From contig JBGPFC010000019.1 in assembly GCA_041483195.1 (NCBI GenBank), positions 2,853 to 66,852 on the forward strand: a stretch of 64,000 nt of DNA, read 5' to 3'. Of this stretch, positions 42,471 to 51,289 are shown piece by piece. Position 1 is the stretch's first letter, and each line of letters starts with the position of its first letter. The notes below the pieces were generated by a model. It was not told the origin of the DNA, searched no databases, and worked only from the letters and a program-made list of their open reading frames with translations. The stretch is from Candidatus Eiseniibacteriota bacterium (lineage in GTDB: Bacteria > Eisenbacteria > RBG-16-71-46). Both the position numbers and the translations under genes were made by a program.

Positions 42471-44672
42471 ATGAACGAGCGACTCGACTCCTTCAGCTAC
42501 GACGACGCCATCGTTCGGAAATTCCTGTTCGCGACGTTTCTCTGGGGCCTGGTCGGCATGCTGGTGGGCCTGTTCATCGCCCTCCAGCTCGCGAACCCGG
42601 TGTTCAACCTGGGCATCCCGTGGCTGGCCTTCGGGCGGCTGCGGCCGCTGCACACCAACGCGGTGATCTTCGCGTTCGCCGGGAACGCGTTCTTCACGGG
42701 GGCCTACTACTCGACCCAGCGACTGCTCAAGGCGCGCATGTTCTCGGACCTCCTGAGCCGGCTCCACTTCTGGGGCTGGCAGCTCATCATCGTGCTCGCC
42801 GCGATCACGCTCCCGCTCGGGCTCACCCAGGCCAAGGAGTACGCGGAGCTGGAGTGGCCGATCGACATCCTGATCGCGGTGGTGTGGGTGATCTTCGCCG
42901 TCAACTTCTTCGCCACCATGGCGCGGCGCCGCGAGCGCCACCTGTACGTGGCGATCTGGTTCTACATCGCATCGATCGTCACCGTCGCGATCCTGCACAT
43001 CTTCAACAACCTGTCGCTCCCGGTCGGGCCGTTCAAGAGCTACTCGATCTACGCCGGGGTGCAGGACGCGTTCATGCAGTGGTGGTACGGGCACAACGCG
43101 GTGGCGTTCTTCCTCACCACGCCTTTCCTCGGGCTCATGTACTACTTCATGCCCAAGGCGGCGGAGCGTCCGGTCTATTCCTACCGGCTCTCGATCCTGC
43201 ACTTCTGGACGCTGGTCTTCATGTACATCTGGGCCGGCCCCCACCACCTCCACTACACCGCGCTGCCGGAGTGGGCATCGACGCTCGGCATGATCTTCTC
43301 GGTGATGCTGTGGATGCCGTCGTGGGGCGGGATGATCAACGGCCTGCTCACGCTGCGCGGCGCCTGGCACAAGGTGGTCGACGACCCGGTGCTCAAGTTC
43401 TTCGTGGTCGCGATCACCGCCTACGGCATGGCGACCTTCGAGGGCCCGATGCTCTCGGTGAAGAGCGTGAACGCGCTCGCCCACTACACCGACTGGATCA
43501 TCGCGCACGTCCACACCGGCGCGCTCGGCTGGAACGGGTTCATGGCGTTCGGCATGATCTACTGGCTGCTGCCGCGCCTGTTCCAGACCCCGCTCCACAG
43601 CCGGAAGCTCGCCGAGGCGCACTTCTGGCTCGCGACCTTCGGGCTCATCCTCTACGTGACCGCGATCTACAGCGCAGGGCTCACCCAGGGCCTGATGTGG
43701 CGGGCTTTCGACGAGACCGGCCGCCTCCAGTTCCCGGACTTCATCGAGACCACGATGAAGCTCATCCCCATGTACTGGGCGCGCGCGCTGGGCGGAACGC
43801 TCTACATCGCCGGCATGCTGCTGTTCGGCTACAACATCCTGCGCACCTGGCAGGCGCGCCCCAAGACTTACGCCGTGCCGGTGGTGCAGGCGCCGCCGCT
43901 TTCGCGCGAGGCGCCGCCCGCGCACGGCGCGCCCCAGCCGGCGGGCGCGTGGGCGCGCTTCATCGCGGCGGGATGGCATCGCCGCTGGGAGGGGCTCCCG
44001 CTCACGTTCACCGTGATGACGGCGGTCGCCGTGATCGTGGCGTCGCTGTTCGAGATCCTGCCCACGTTCCTGATCCGCTCCAACGTGCCGACCATCGCCT
44101 CGGTCAAGCCCTACACGCCGCTCGAGCTGGCGGGGCGCGATCTCTACGTGCGCGAGGGCTGCTTCAACTGCCACTCGCAGATGATCCGTCCGCTGCGTCA
44201 CGAGACCGAGCGCTACGGCGAGTACTCGAAGCCCGGCGAGTTCGTGTACGACCACCCGTTCCTGTGGGGCTCGCGCCGCATCGGGCCCGACCTCGCGCGC
44301 GAGGGCGGCAAGTACAACGACCTCTGGCACGTGCGCCACCTCGAGGACCCGCGCTCGATCACGCCCAAGTCCATCATGCCCACCTACCGCCAGCTCACGA
44401 CCTCGCGGCTCGACTTCGCGGCGATCCAGAAGCACGTCGACGGCATGGCGATGCTGGGCGTGCCGTACGGCGAGGCCGTGCATCACGCGCCCGAGATGGC
44501 CCGCGCGCAGGCGCGCGAGGTCGCCGCGCGCATCGCGGAGCAGGGCGGACCCGCGGGCCTCGACGACCGGGAGATCGTGGCGCTGGTCGCCTACCTGCAA
44601 CGGCTCGGCACCGACATCCGCGGAACACCGGTGGCGGCCGCGGCGGCCGACAGCACGAAGGGGGCGCAGTGA
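42471..44672 (+). CDS. ccoNO: cbb3-type cytochrome c oxidase, fused subunits I and II (CcoN-CcoO)
   Basis: The N-terminal ~480 aa form a CcoN-like 12-TM heme-copper core (GRLRPLHTNAVIFAF, HFWTLVFMYIWAGPHHLHYT, HVHTGALGWNGF). The C-terminal part has the CcoO anchor plus YVREGCFNCHSQMIRP...GPDLAREGGKY. Confidence 0.9.
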   Translation: MNERLDSFSYDDAIVRKFLFATFLWGLVGMLVGLFIALQLANPVFNLGIPWLAFGRLRPLHTNAVIFAFAGNAFFTGAYYSTQRLLKARMFSDLLSRLHFWGWQLIIVLAAITLPLGLTQAKEYAELEWPIDILIAVVWVIFAVNFFATMARRRERHLYVAIWFYIASIVTVAILHIFNNLSLPVGPFKSYSIYAGVQDAFMQWWYGHNAVAFFLTTPFLGLMYYFMPKAAERPVYSYRLSILHFWTLVFMYIWAGPHHLHYTALPEWASTLGMIFSVMLWMPSWGGMINGLLTLRGAWHKVVDDPVLKFFVVAITAYGMATFEGPMLSVKSVNALAHYTDWIIAHVHTGALGWNGFMAFGMIYWLLPRLFQTPLHSRKLAEAHFWLATFGLILYVTAIYSAGLTQGLMWRAFDETGRLQFPDFIETTMKLIPMYWARALGGTLYIAGMLLFGYNILRTWQARPKTYAVPVVQAPPLSREAPPAHGAPQPAGAWARFIAAGWHRRWEGLPLTFTVMTAVAVIVASLFEILPTFLIRSNVPTIASVKPYTPLELAGRDLYVREGCFNCHSQMIRPLRHETERYGEYSKPGEFVYDHPFLWGSRRIGPDLAREGGKYNDLWHVRHLEDPRSITPKSIMPTYRQLTTSRLDFAAIQKHVDGMAMLGVPYGEAVHHAPEMARAQAREVAARIAEQGGPAGLDDREIVALVAYLQRLGTDIRGTPVAAAAADSTKGAQ

Positions 44673-44673
44673 G

Positions 44674-44871
44674 ATGAAGCTCTCGGACGTGATGAGCCAC
44701 TCCGGGCTCGCGATCTACGCCGAGATCGCGCTGATCCTGTTCCTGCTCGCGTTCGCCGTGGTGGTCGCGCGCCTGCTGGTGCGGCCCGACCGCCGCGAGC
44801 TGGATCGCATGAGCCGCCTGCCGCTCGACGATCCATCCGACACCCCACAGCCTCCGGGAGCCAGGCCATGA
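44674..44871 (+). CDS. ccoQ: CcoQ/FixQ-like small membrane subunit
   Basis: 65 aa with a single TM helix (LAIYAEIALILFLLAFAVVVARLL), located between ccoNO and ccoP. Confidence 0.7.
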   Translation: MKLSDVMSHSGLAIYAEIALILFLLAFAVVVARLLVRPDRRELDRMSRLPLDDPSDTPQPPGARP

Positions 44872-45485
44872 CCTCGGGCGCACCGCGCGACGAGAAGCAG
44901 GTTCCGCAACCGGAGCGCCTGCTCGACCACAACTACGACGGCATCCAGGAGTACGACAATCCGCTGCCCCGCTGGTGGACGCTGATCCTGTGGGCGACCG
45001 TGATCTACGCTGCGCTCTACTGGTTCAACGTGCCGGGGTTCGGCATCGGCAAGGGGCGGATCGTAAACTACGAGCGCGACATGGCCGCGGCTCGCGCGCA
45101 CGCCGCGGAGATCGCCGCGAAATCGCCGCCGCCGTCCTCCGGGATCACCGCGGCCTCGCTGCTCGCGATGGCGCACGATCCGTCGCGGCTCGGCTCCGCG
45201 AAGGCCCGCTTCATCGCCACCTGCGCCCCCTGCCATCGCCCGGATGGCGGCGGCAACATCGGGCCCAATCTCACAGACGATTACTGGATCCACGGCGGAA
45301 CCCCGCTCGAGATCATGAAGACCGTGAGCGACGGCGTGCCGGACAAGGGCATGCCCACCTGGAGCCTGACGCTCAAGCCCGAGGAGATCGCGGAGCTCGC
45401 GGCCTACGTCATCACGCTGCACGACACCCATCCGCCGAGCCCCAAGGAGCCGCAGGGCGTGAAGGTGGAATCCGAGCACGAGTAG
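44868..45485 (+). CDS. ccoP: CcoP/FixP, monoheme variant
   Basis: FixP N-terminal motif HNYDGIQEYDNPLPRWW plus a TM helix. There is only one CxxCH (CAPCH), where canonical CcoP has two. Confidence 0.8.
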   Translation: MTSGAPRDEKQVPQPERLLDHNYDGIQEYDNPLPRWWTLILWATVIYAALYWFNVPGFGIGKGRIVNYERDMAAARAHAAEIAAKSPPPSSGITAASLLAMAHDPSRLGSAKARFIATCAPCHRPDGGGNIGPNLTDDYWIHGGTPLEIMKTVSDGVPDKGMPTWSLTLKPEEIAELAAYVITLHDTHPPSPKEPQGVKVESEHE

Positions 45486-45536
45486 GTCCCGCCTCCGCGC
45501 ACGACGCGCGACGAGGACCACCGACGGGAGCGACCG

Positions 45537-46943
45537 ATGTCCGCGCAGCTTCAGCTCGTGACCGCGCCCGGCCGCGTGCTGTCCACGCTCAACGCCGACG
45601 GCTCGCGGCGCTCGATCCGGCCCAAGCCCTCCGGCGGCCGCTTCGAGCGCGCGCGCCGCGCGGTGGCCTACGCGCTGATGCTGGTGTTCTTCATCATCCC
45701 CTACCTGCGCATGGGCGGCCGGCCGCTGATCCTGCTCGATCTTCCCGCGCGGCGCTTCACGCTGTTCGGCACCACGTTCCTCCCCACCGAGACGCTGCTC
45801 TTCTTCCTCCTGTTCCTGAGCGCCGTGATCGTGATCCTGCTGGTCACCGCGCTGTGGGGCCGGGTGTGGTGCGGCTGGGCCTGCCCGCAGACCGTGTACC
45901 TGGAATTCCTGTTCCGCCCGGTCGAGCGCTGGATCGAGGGCGGCTGGCGCGCCTCGCAGCGCCTCGACCGCACGCGCGGCATTCACCCGCGCCGGCTCGC
46001 GAAGCACGCGATCTACCTGGGGTTCGCGTTGTTCCTCGCGCACACGTTTCTCGCGTACTTCGTGGGCGTCGAGGAGCTGGCGCGCTGGGTGCGGCGCTCG
46101 CCGGTCGAGCACCCCACCTCGTTCCTCATCATGCTCGGCACCACCGCGCTCATCCTGTTCGACTTCGGCTGGTTCCGCGAGCAGACCTGCCTGGTCGCGT
46201 GCCCATACGGCCGCCTGCAATCGGTGCTGCTCGACCGCCGCTCGCTGATCGTCGGCTACGACTCGCGCCGCGGCGAGCCGCGCGCGCGGGGCGTTCGCGA
46301 GCGCCCGGCCGGCGCCGGCGACTGCATCGACTGCCGCGTATGCGTGCTCACCTGCCCGACCGGGATCGACATTCGCGAGGGGTTGCAGATGGAGTGCGTC
46401 CACTGCACGCAGTGCATGGACGCTTGCGATTTCGTAATGCACCGCATCGGCAAGCCGCTCGGCCTGATCCGCTACGGCTCGCGCGACGAGCTCGAAGGCA
46501 AGCCCACGCGCTCGATCCGCTACCGCGTCGCGCTCTACCCCGCCGCGCTCGCGCTGTGCGTCGGCCTGCTGGTGTGGGGGCTCGCGACGCGCTCCAGCGC
46601 GGAGGTCACGATGCTGCGGGGGCTCGGCGCGCCCTACACGTTCGAGACCGATGGCAGCGTGGTGAACCAGGTGCGGATCAAGGTGATGAATCGCGGGCAC
46701 GCGGATCGCGCGTTTCACATCGCGCTCGGTGAAGCGCCCGAGGCGAGGCTGATCGCGCCCATCAATCCGTTCCCGGTCGCGGCGGGGACGATGCAGACCA
46801 CCACAGTGTTCGTGGTGGAGCCGCGCTCTGCGTTTCACGGCGGCGAGCGGGCGGTGCGCTTCACGATCTCGGACGGCGCGCGCTGGTCGGAGACGTTTCC
46901 GCACCGCCTGCTCGGCCCCGAAGGCGACGGAGGCATTCGATGA
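45537..46943 (+). CDS. ccoG: CcoG/FixG, membrane 4Fe-4S ferredoxin-type cbb3 assembly protein
   Basis: WCGWACPQT, CLVACPYGRLQ and CIDCRVCVLTCPTGIDIR...CVHCTQCMDACD. Confidence 0.9.
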   Translation: MSAQLQLVTAPGRVLSTLNADGSRRSIRPKPSGGRFERARRAVAYALMLVFFIIPYLRMGGRPLILLDLPARRFTLFGTTFLPTETLLFFLLFLSAVIVILLVTALWGRVWCGWACPQTVYLEFLFRPVERWIEGGWRASQRLDRTRGIHPRRLAKHAIYLGFALFLAHTFLAYFVGVEELARWVRRSPVEHPTSFLIMLGTTALILFDFGWFREQTCLVACPYGRLQSVLLDRRSLIVGYDSRRGEPRARGVRERPAGAGDCIDCRVCVLTCPTGIDIREGLQMECVHCTQCMDACDFVMHRIGKPLGLIRYGSRDELEGKPTRSIRYRVALYPAALALCVGLLVWGLATRSSAEVTMLRGLGAPYTFETDGSVVNQVRIKVMNRGHADRAFHIALGEAPEARLIAPINPFPVAAGTMQTTTVFVVEPRSAFHGGERAVRFTISDGARWSETFPHRLLGPEGDGGIR

Positions 46944-47422
46944 ACGCCGCGAAGCTCTGGCCGATCGCGATCGTCGGCGTGCTGGCCGTGACCGTCGCCG
47001 CCAACGCGGTGCTGCTCTACGAGGCGAACGATCGCGAGGCCGCGACCGTCGAGCCCGACTACTACCGCAAGGCGGTGGCGTGGGACTCGACGCTCGCGCA
47101 GCGCGCGCGTGACGCGGCGCTCGGCTGGCGAATCGACGCGCGGCTCGGCGCGATCGCGCGCGACGGCGCGCCGCTGATCGTGCGCCTCACCGACGCGCGC
47201 GGGCTGCCGGTCGCCGGTGCCGCCATCGAGGTGGTGGCCATACACAACATCGAGGCCTCGCGCCCGGCGCGCGCGGCCATGCGCCCCGCGCCAGACGGCG
47301 CGTACGAGGCGCGTCTGCCGCTCTCGCACGCAGGGCTGTGGGAGCTGCGCTTCACCGTCACGCGCGGGGCGGAGCGCTTCACGGCATCGCTGCGCCGCGA
47401 CACGGGAGCGATCGCGCCGTGA
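46940..47422 (+). CDS. ccoH: FixH/CcoH family protein
   Basis: ATGA overlap with ccoG. N-terminal TM helix WPIAIVGVLAVTVAANAVLL, then an Ig-like periplasmic domain (YYRKAVAWD...W.IDA). Confidence 0.75.
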   Translation: MNAAKLWPIAIVGVLAVTVAANAVLLYEANDREAATVEPDYYRKAVAWDSTLAQRARDAALGWRIDARLGAIARDGAPLIVRLTDARGLPVAGAAIEVVAIHNIEASRPARAAMRPAPDGAYEARLPLSHAGLWELRFTVTRGAERFTASLRRDTGAIAP

Positions 47423-48135
47423 TCGCGCTGCTCGGATCGGTGCTCGCGGCGAGCCTGCTCGGGAGCCCGCATTGCGCCGCGATGTGCGGCGGGTTCGTGT
47501 GCTTCTACGCCGGCCAGCCCGGCGCGCGGCGGGAGGCGCTCGCGCACGCCGCGTACAACGGCGGGCGGCTGCTGTCGTACCTCGCGCTCGGAACCATCGC
47601 CGGCGCGCTGGGCGCGGGCCTCGATCGTCTCGGCGGGGCTGCGGGGTTCACGCGGGCCGCCGCGGTGATCGCGGGCGCGATGATGGTCGCATGGGGCGGC
47701 GCGAGCCTGCTGCGCGCGCTCGGCGCGCGGGTGCCGGAGCTGGTCGCGCCCGCCTTCGCGCGCGCGCGCCTCACCGCGGCGCTGCGCGCGGTGCACGCGC
47801 AGCCGCCCGCGGTGCGCGCGCTCACCGTCGGCCTGCTCACCACGCTGCTGCCGTGCGGATTCCTGTACGCGTTCGTCGCGGTCGCCGCCGCCACCGGTTC
47901 CCCGTGGCGGGGCGCGCTCGCGATGGCGGCGTTCTGGGCCGGCACGCTGCCGGTGATGGCGAGCCTCGGCCTGATCGCGCGCCGCGCGTTCGGACCGCTC
48001 GAACGCCGTCTGCCCGCGATCACGGCGTCGGTGTTGCTGCTGCTCGGCCTGCTCACCCTCGCGGGAAAGATGACGCCCCGCGCGGCGCACGATCATATGC
48101 ACGGCATGCACGGGATGACCCATGGCGATCGCTGA
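47419..48135 (+). CDS. DsbD_2/TauE-SafE-like membrane protein with an HCxxMCGG motif
   Basis: GTGA overlap with ccoH. SPHCAAMCGGFVCFY at the N-terminus and about six TM helices. This gene type commonly sits between ccoH and ccoI. Confidence 0.65.
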   Translation: MIALLGSVLAASLLGSPHCAAMCGGFVCFYAGQPGARREALAHAAYNGGRLLSYLALGTIAGALGAGLDRLGGAAGFTRAAAVIAGAMMVAWGGASLLRALGARVPELVAPAFARARLTAALRAVHAQPPAVRALTVGLLTTLLPCGFLYAFVAVAAATGSPWRGALAMAAFWAGTLPVMASLGLIARRAFGPLERRLPAITASVLLLLGLLTLAGKMTPRAAHDHMHGMHGMTHGDR

Positions 48136-50623
48136 GCTCGCGCGCCCCGAGCCGGATGACGCGCCCGCCGCGGCTGCCGCGCCGCCCTCCGCGCCACGCC
48201 TCGGCACCGACACCCCGTGCGCGCACTGCGGGCTCGCGGTGCCGCGCGGGTCGATCGACGCGTGCGCCGCCGACCAGTTCTGCTGCGGCGGCTGCCGCGC
48301 GGCGTGGTCGGTGATTCACGACGGCGGGCTGGCTCGCTACTACGGGCTCGCCGAGCGCCGCGCCGCGCCGGTCCGGCCCAGCGGCCGCAGCTTCGAGGAG
48401 TTCGATCACCCGGCGTTCCACGCGCTCTACGTGACGCCGCGCGCGGGCGGAGCCTGCGAGACCGAGCTCTACCTGGAGGGCGTGCGCTGCGCGTCGTGCG
48501 TGTGGCTGGTGGAGCGCGTGCCGCGACTGATGCCGGGCCTCGCGGCTGCGGAGCTCGACGTGCAGCGCGCGCGGGTCAGGCTCTCGTGGGACGGGACGCG
48601 CGTGACGCTCGGCCGCATCGCCCGCGCGCTCGACACGCTCGGCTACCGCCCGCACCCGTTCCGCGGCATGAAGGCCGAGGCCGCGCGCCGCGCGGAGGAC
48701 CGCGCGATGCTCGCGCGCATCGGCGTGGCGGGGGCGATCGCCATCAACGTCATGCTCGCGGCGCTCGCGCTCTACAGCGGACGCTGGAGCGGCATGGAGC
48801 GCGAATACGAACACTTCTTCCGCTGGGTGAGCCTGCTGCTCGCCACGCCGGCTTTGATATTTCCGGGCCGCGTGTTCTTCCGCGGGGCGTGGGCGGCGTT
48901 GCGCACGCGCGCGCTCCACATGGACCTCCCGATCGCGATCGCGCTCGGCGCGGGCTGGCTGCGCGGCGCCATCAACACCGTGACCGGCAGCGGGCCCATC
49001 TACTTCGACGGCGTGGTCATGCTGATCTTCCTGCTGCTGGTGGGGCGCCACCTCCAGCAGCGTGCGCAGCGCGCGGCCGCCGACTCGGCAGAGCTGCTGC
49101 TCGCGCTCTCGCCCGCCACCGCTCGCGTGATCGAGGACGGCCTCGTGCGCGAGGTGCCGGCCGAGGCGCTGCTCCCCGGCATGACGATCGAGGTGCGCCC
49201 CGGCGAAACGCTCGCGGCGGATGGAGTCGTGATCGAGGGCGTCTCCGACCTCGACGTGTCGCTGCTGTCGGGCGAGTCGCGCCCCGTGGTCGCGGCGCCC
49301 GGCACGCGCGTGTTCGCCGGCACGCTCAACCGTCGGGCGCTGTTGCGGGTCCGCGTCGAGGAGGCCGGCGAGACCACGCGCCTCGGGCGCATCGTGCGCG
49401 ACATCGAGGCGGGCGCGCGCCGCCGGGCTAAGGTGGTGGGACTCGCGGACCGCATGGCCGGCGTGTTCGTGGCGGCGGTGCTCGCGCTCGCGGCGCTGAC
49501 GTTCGCCGTGTGGCTGCGGCTCGACCCGTCGCGCGCGCTCGACCACGCGATCGCGCTGCTGATCGTGACCTGCCCGTGCGCGCTCGCGCTCGCGACCCCG
49601 CTCGCCGTGACCGTCGCGATCGGACGCGCCGCGCGCGCGGGGATACTCATTCGCGGCGGAGAGGCGCTCGAGCGCCTCGCGCGCCCCGGACGCGTGGTGC
49701 TCGACAAGACCGGCACGGTCACCGAGGGCCGCAGCCGGCTGGTCGCGTGGGACGGGCCCGAGGCCGCGAAGCCGCTGGTGCTCGCGCTCGAGCGCGACGC
49801 GACCCACCCGGTGGCGGGCGCGTTCTTCGAGGCGTGGCCTCACGTGGCGCCCGCGATCGCGCGCGACGTGACGCACGCGGCGGGCGGCATCGAGGGCGAG
49901 GCCGATGGCCATCGCGTGATCGTGGGCGCGCCGACTTTCGTGAGCGCGCGGGCGGATGTTCTCGGAGCGACCGCTCCAGCACACCACGCCGCGCCCATCG
50001 CCGGCAACGATGACGCAGCGCTCACGCCCGTACTCGTCGCGGTGGACGGCGCGGTCATCGCTCGCGCAGCGTTCGGCGACGCGATCCGGCCCGAGGCGGC
50101 CGCCGCGCTCGCCACGCTGCGCGCGCGCGGGTTCAATCTCTCGCTGCTCTCGGGCGACGATCCCGCGGTGGTGGAATCCGTGGGGCGGCGTCTCGGATTC
50201 GCGACGTTCGAGTGCCGCGGCGGGGCTTCGCCCGAGGACAAGCTCCGCACGATCGAGGCCATCAGCCAGGTCGAGCCGGTCGTGATGGTGGGCGACGGCG
50301 TCAACGACGCGGCCGCCATCGCGCGCGCCGACGTGGGGATCGGCGTGCGGGGCGGCGCGGAGGCGTGCCTCGCGGCGGCCGACGTGTTCCTCGCGCGCCA
50401 GGGGCTCGATCCGCTGGTCGCGCTGTTCGCCGGCGCGCGGCGCACGCTCGCCGTGATCCGCCGCAACATCGCGTTCTCGATCCTCTACAACGTGGCGGGC
50501 GCGAGCCTCGCGATCACAGGCCACATGCATCCCCTGCTCGCCGCGGTGCTGATGCCGGCCAGCTCGCTCACCGTGGTGCTCGCCTCGTGGCGCAGCCGCA
50601 CCTTCGAGGAGGGCGCGCGATGA
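48122..50623 (+). CDS. ccoI: CcoI/FixI copper-translocating P1B-type ATPase
   Basis: N-terminal Cys-rich metal-binding region (CAHCGL...CCGGCRAAW). TM CPC motif (VTCPCALALATP), DKTGTVT and MVGDGVNDAAA. Confidence 0.9.
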   Translation: MAIAELARPEPDDAPAAAAAPPSAPRLGTDTPCAHCGLAVPRGSIDACAADQFCCGGCRAAWSVIHDGGLARYYGLAERRAAPVRPSGRSFEEFDHPAFHALYVTPRAGGACETELYLEGVRCASCVWLVERVPRLMPGLAAAELDVQRARVRLSWDGTRVTLGRIARALDTLGYRPHPFRGMKAEAARRAEDRAMLARIGVAGAIAINVMLAALALYSGRWSGMEREYEHFFRWVSLLLATPALIFPGRVFFRGAWAALRTRALHMDLPIAIALGAGWLRGAINTVTGSGPIYFDGVVMLIFLLLVGRHLQQRAQRAAADSAELLLALSPATARVIEDGLVREVPAEALLPGMTIEVRPGETLAADGVVIEGVSDLDVSLLSGESRPVVAAPGTRVFAGTLNRRALLRVRVEEAGETTRLGRIVRDIEAGARRRAKVVGLADRMAGVFVAAVLALAALTFAVWLRLDPSRALDHAIALLIVTCPCALALATPLAVTVAIGRAARAGILIRGGEALERLARPGRVVLDKTGTVTEGRSRLVAWDGPEAAKPLVLALERDATHPVAGAFFEAWPHVAPAIARDVTHAAGGIEGEADGHRVIVGAPTFVSARADVLGATAPAHHAAPIAGNDDAALTPVLVAVDGAVIARAAFGDAIRPEAAAALATLRARGFNLSLLSGDDPAVVESVGRRLGFATFECRGGASPEDKLRTIEAISQVEPVVMVGDGVNDAAAIARADVGIGVRGGAEACLAAADVFLARQGLDPLVALFAGARRTLAVIRRNIAFSILYNVAGASLAITGHMHPLLAAVLMPASSLTVVLASWRSRTFEEGAR

Positions 50624-50787
50624 GCGTGATCTTCATCGTGCTGCCGCTCGCGATCCTGGTGGTGCTCGCAGCGGTGATCGCCTACGTGTGGGCCGCACGG
50701 CACGGCCAGTTCGACGACGTCACGACCCCGGCGCTGCGCATGCTGCACGATGACGAGGAGGCGGGCGAGGAAAGTCGGAAGGAGTGA
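50620..50787 (+). CDS. ccoS: CcoS/FixS cbb3 maturation protein
   Basis: ATGA overlap with ccoI. MSVIFIVLPLAILVVLAAVIAYVWAARHGQFDD is typical of CcoS. Confidence 0.85.
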   Translation: MSVIFIVLPLAILVVLAAVIAYVWAARHGQFDDVTTPALRMLHDDEEAGEESRKE

Positions 50788-50875
50788 GGCGTCCACGGAG
50801 CCGGGGCGAATCCAGTCCCGGGGACACGGAGGCATGCTACCGTCGCCGGCAGACCGGCGCCGGTCGGAGGTCGCG

Positions 50876-51289
50876 ATGGGAAGAATGAATTGGGGACGGG
50901 TGCTCCGCTGTGGACTCGTGGCGGGCCTCGTCTGGACCGTGCTCGGTTCGCTTCTTACCGCGTTTGTCGGGCACGATTTCGCGGCCGCGGTGCCCGGCGG
51001 CAGGCTGTCCGCGCCCGGCATCGGCCTGGTCGCGTTCCTGTTCACCGTGAACCTCGCGATGGGCATCTGGGCCATGTGGCTCTACGCGGCCATTCGCCCT
51101 CGCTATGGGGCGGGGCCGATGACCGCCGCGGTGGCCGGGGTTTCCTGGTGGGTGATCAGCAGCCTGGCGGATGCCACCTGGGGATCGTTTGGATTCGTTC
51201 CCGTAAAGGCACTGCTGCCCCTGTCGGCGGGCTCCCTGCCCGCGCTCATCGTGTCGGCGGTGGCAGGCGCCTGGCTCTACAAGGAATGA
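50876..51289 (+). CDS. hypothetical four-TM membrane protein
   Basis: GGAGG RBS before the ATG at 50876. Hydrophobic helices. No family recognised. Confidence 0.5.
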   Translation: MGRMNWGRVLRCGLVAGLVWTVLGSLLTAFVGHDFAAAVPGGRLSAPGIGLVAFLFTVNLAMGIWAMWLYAAIRPRYGAGPMTAAVAGVSWWVISSLADATWGSFGFVPVKALLPLSAGSLPALIVSAVAGAWLYKE

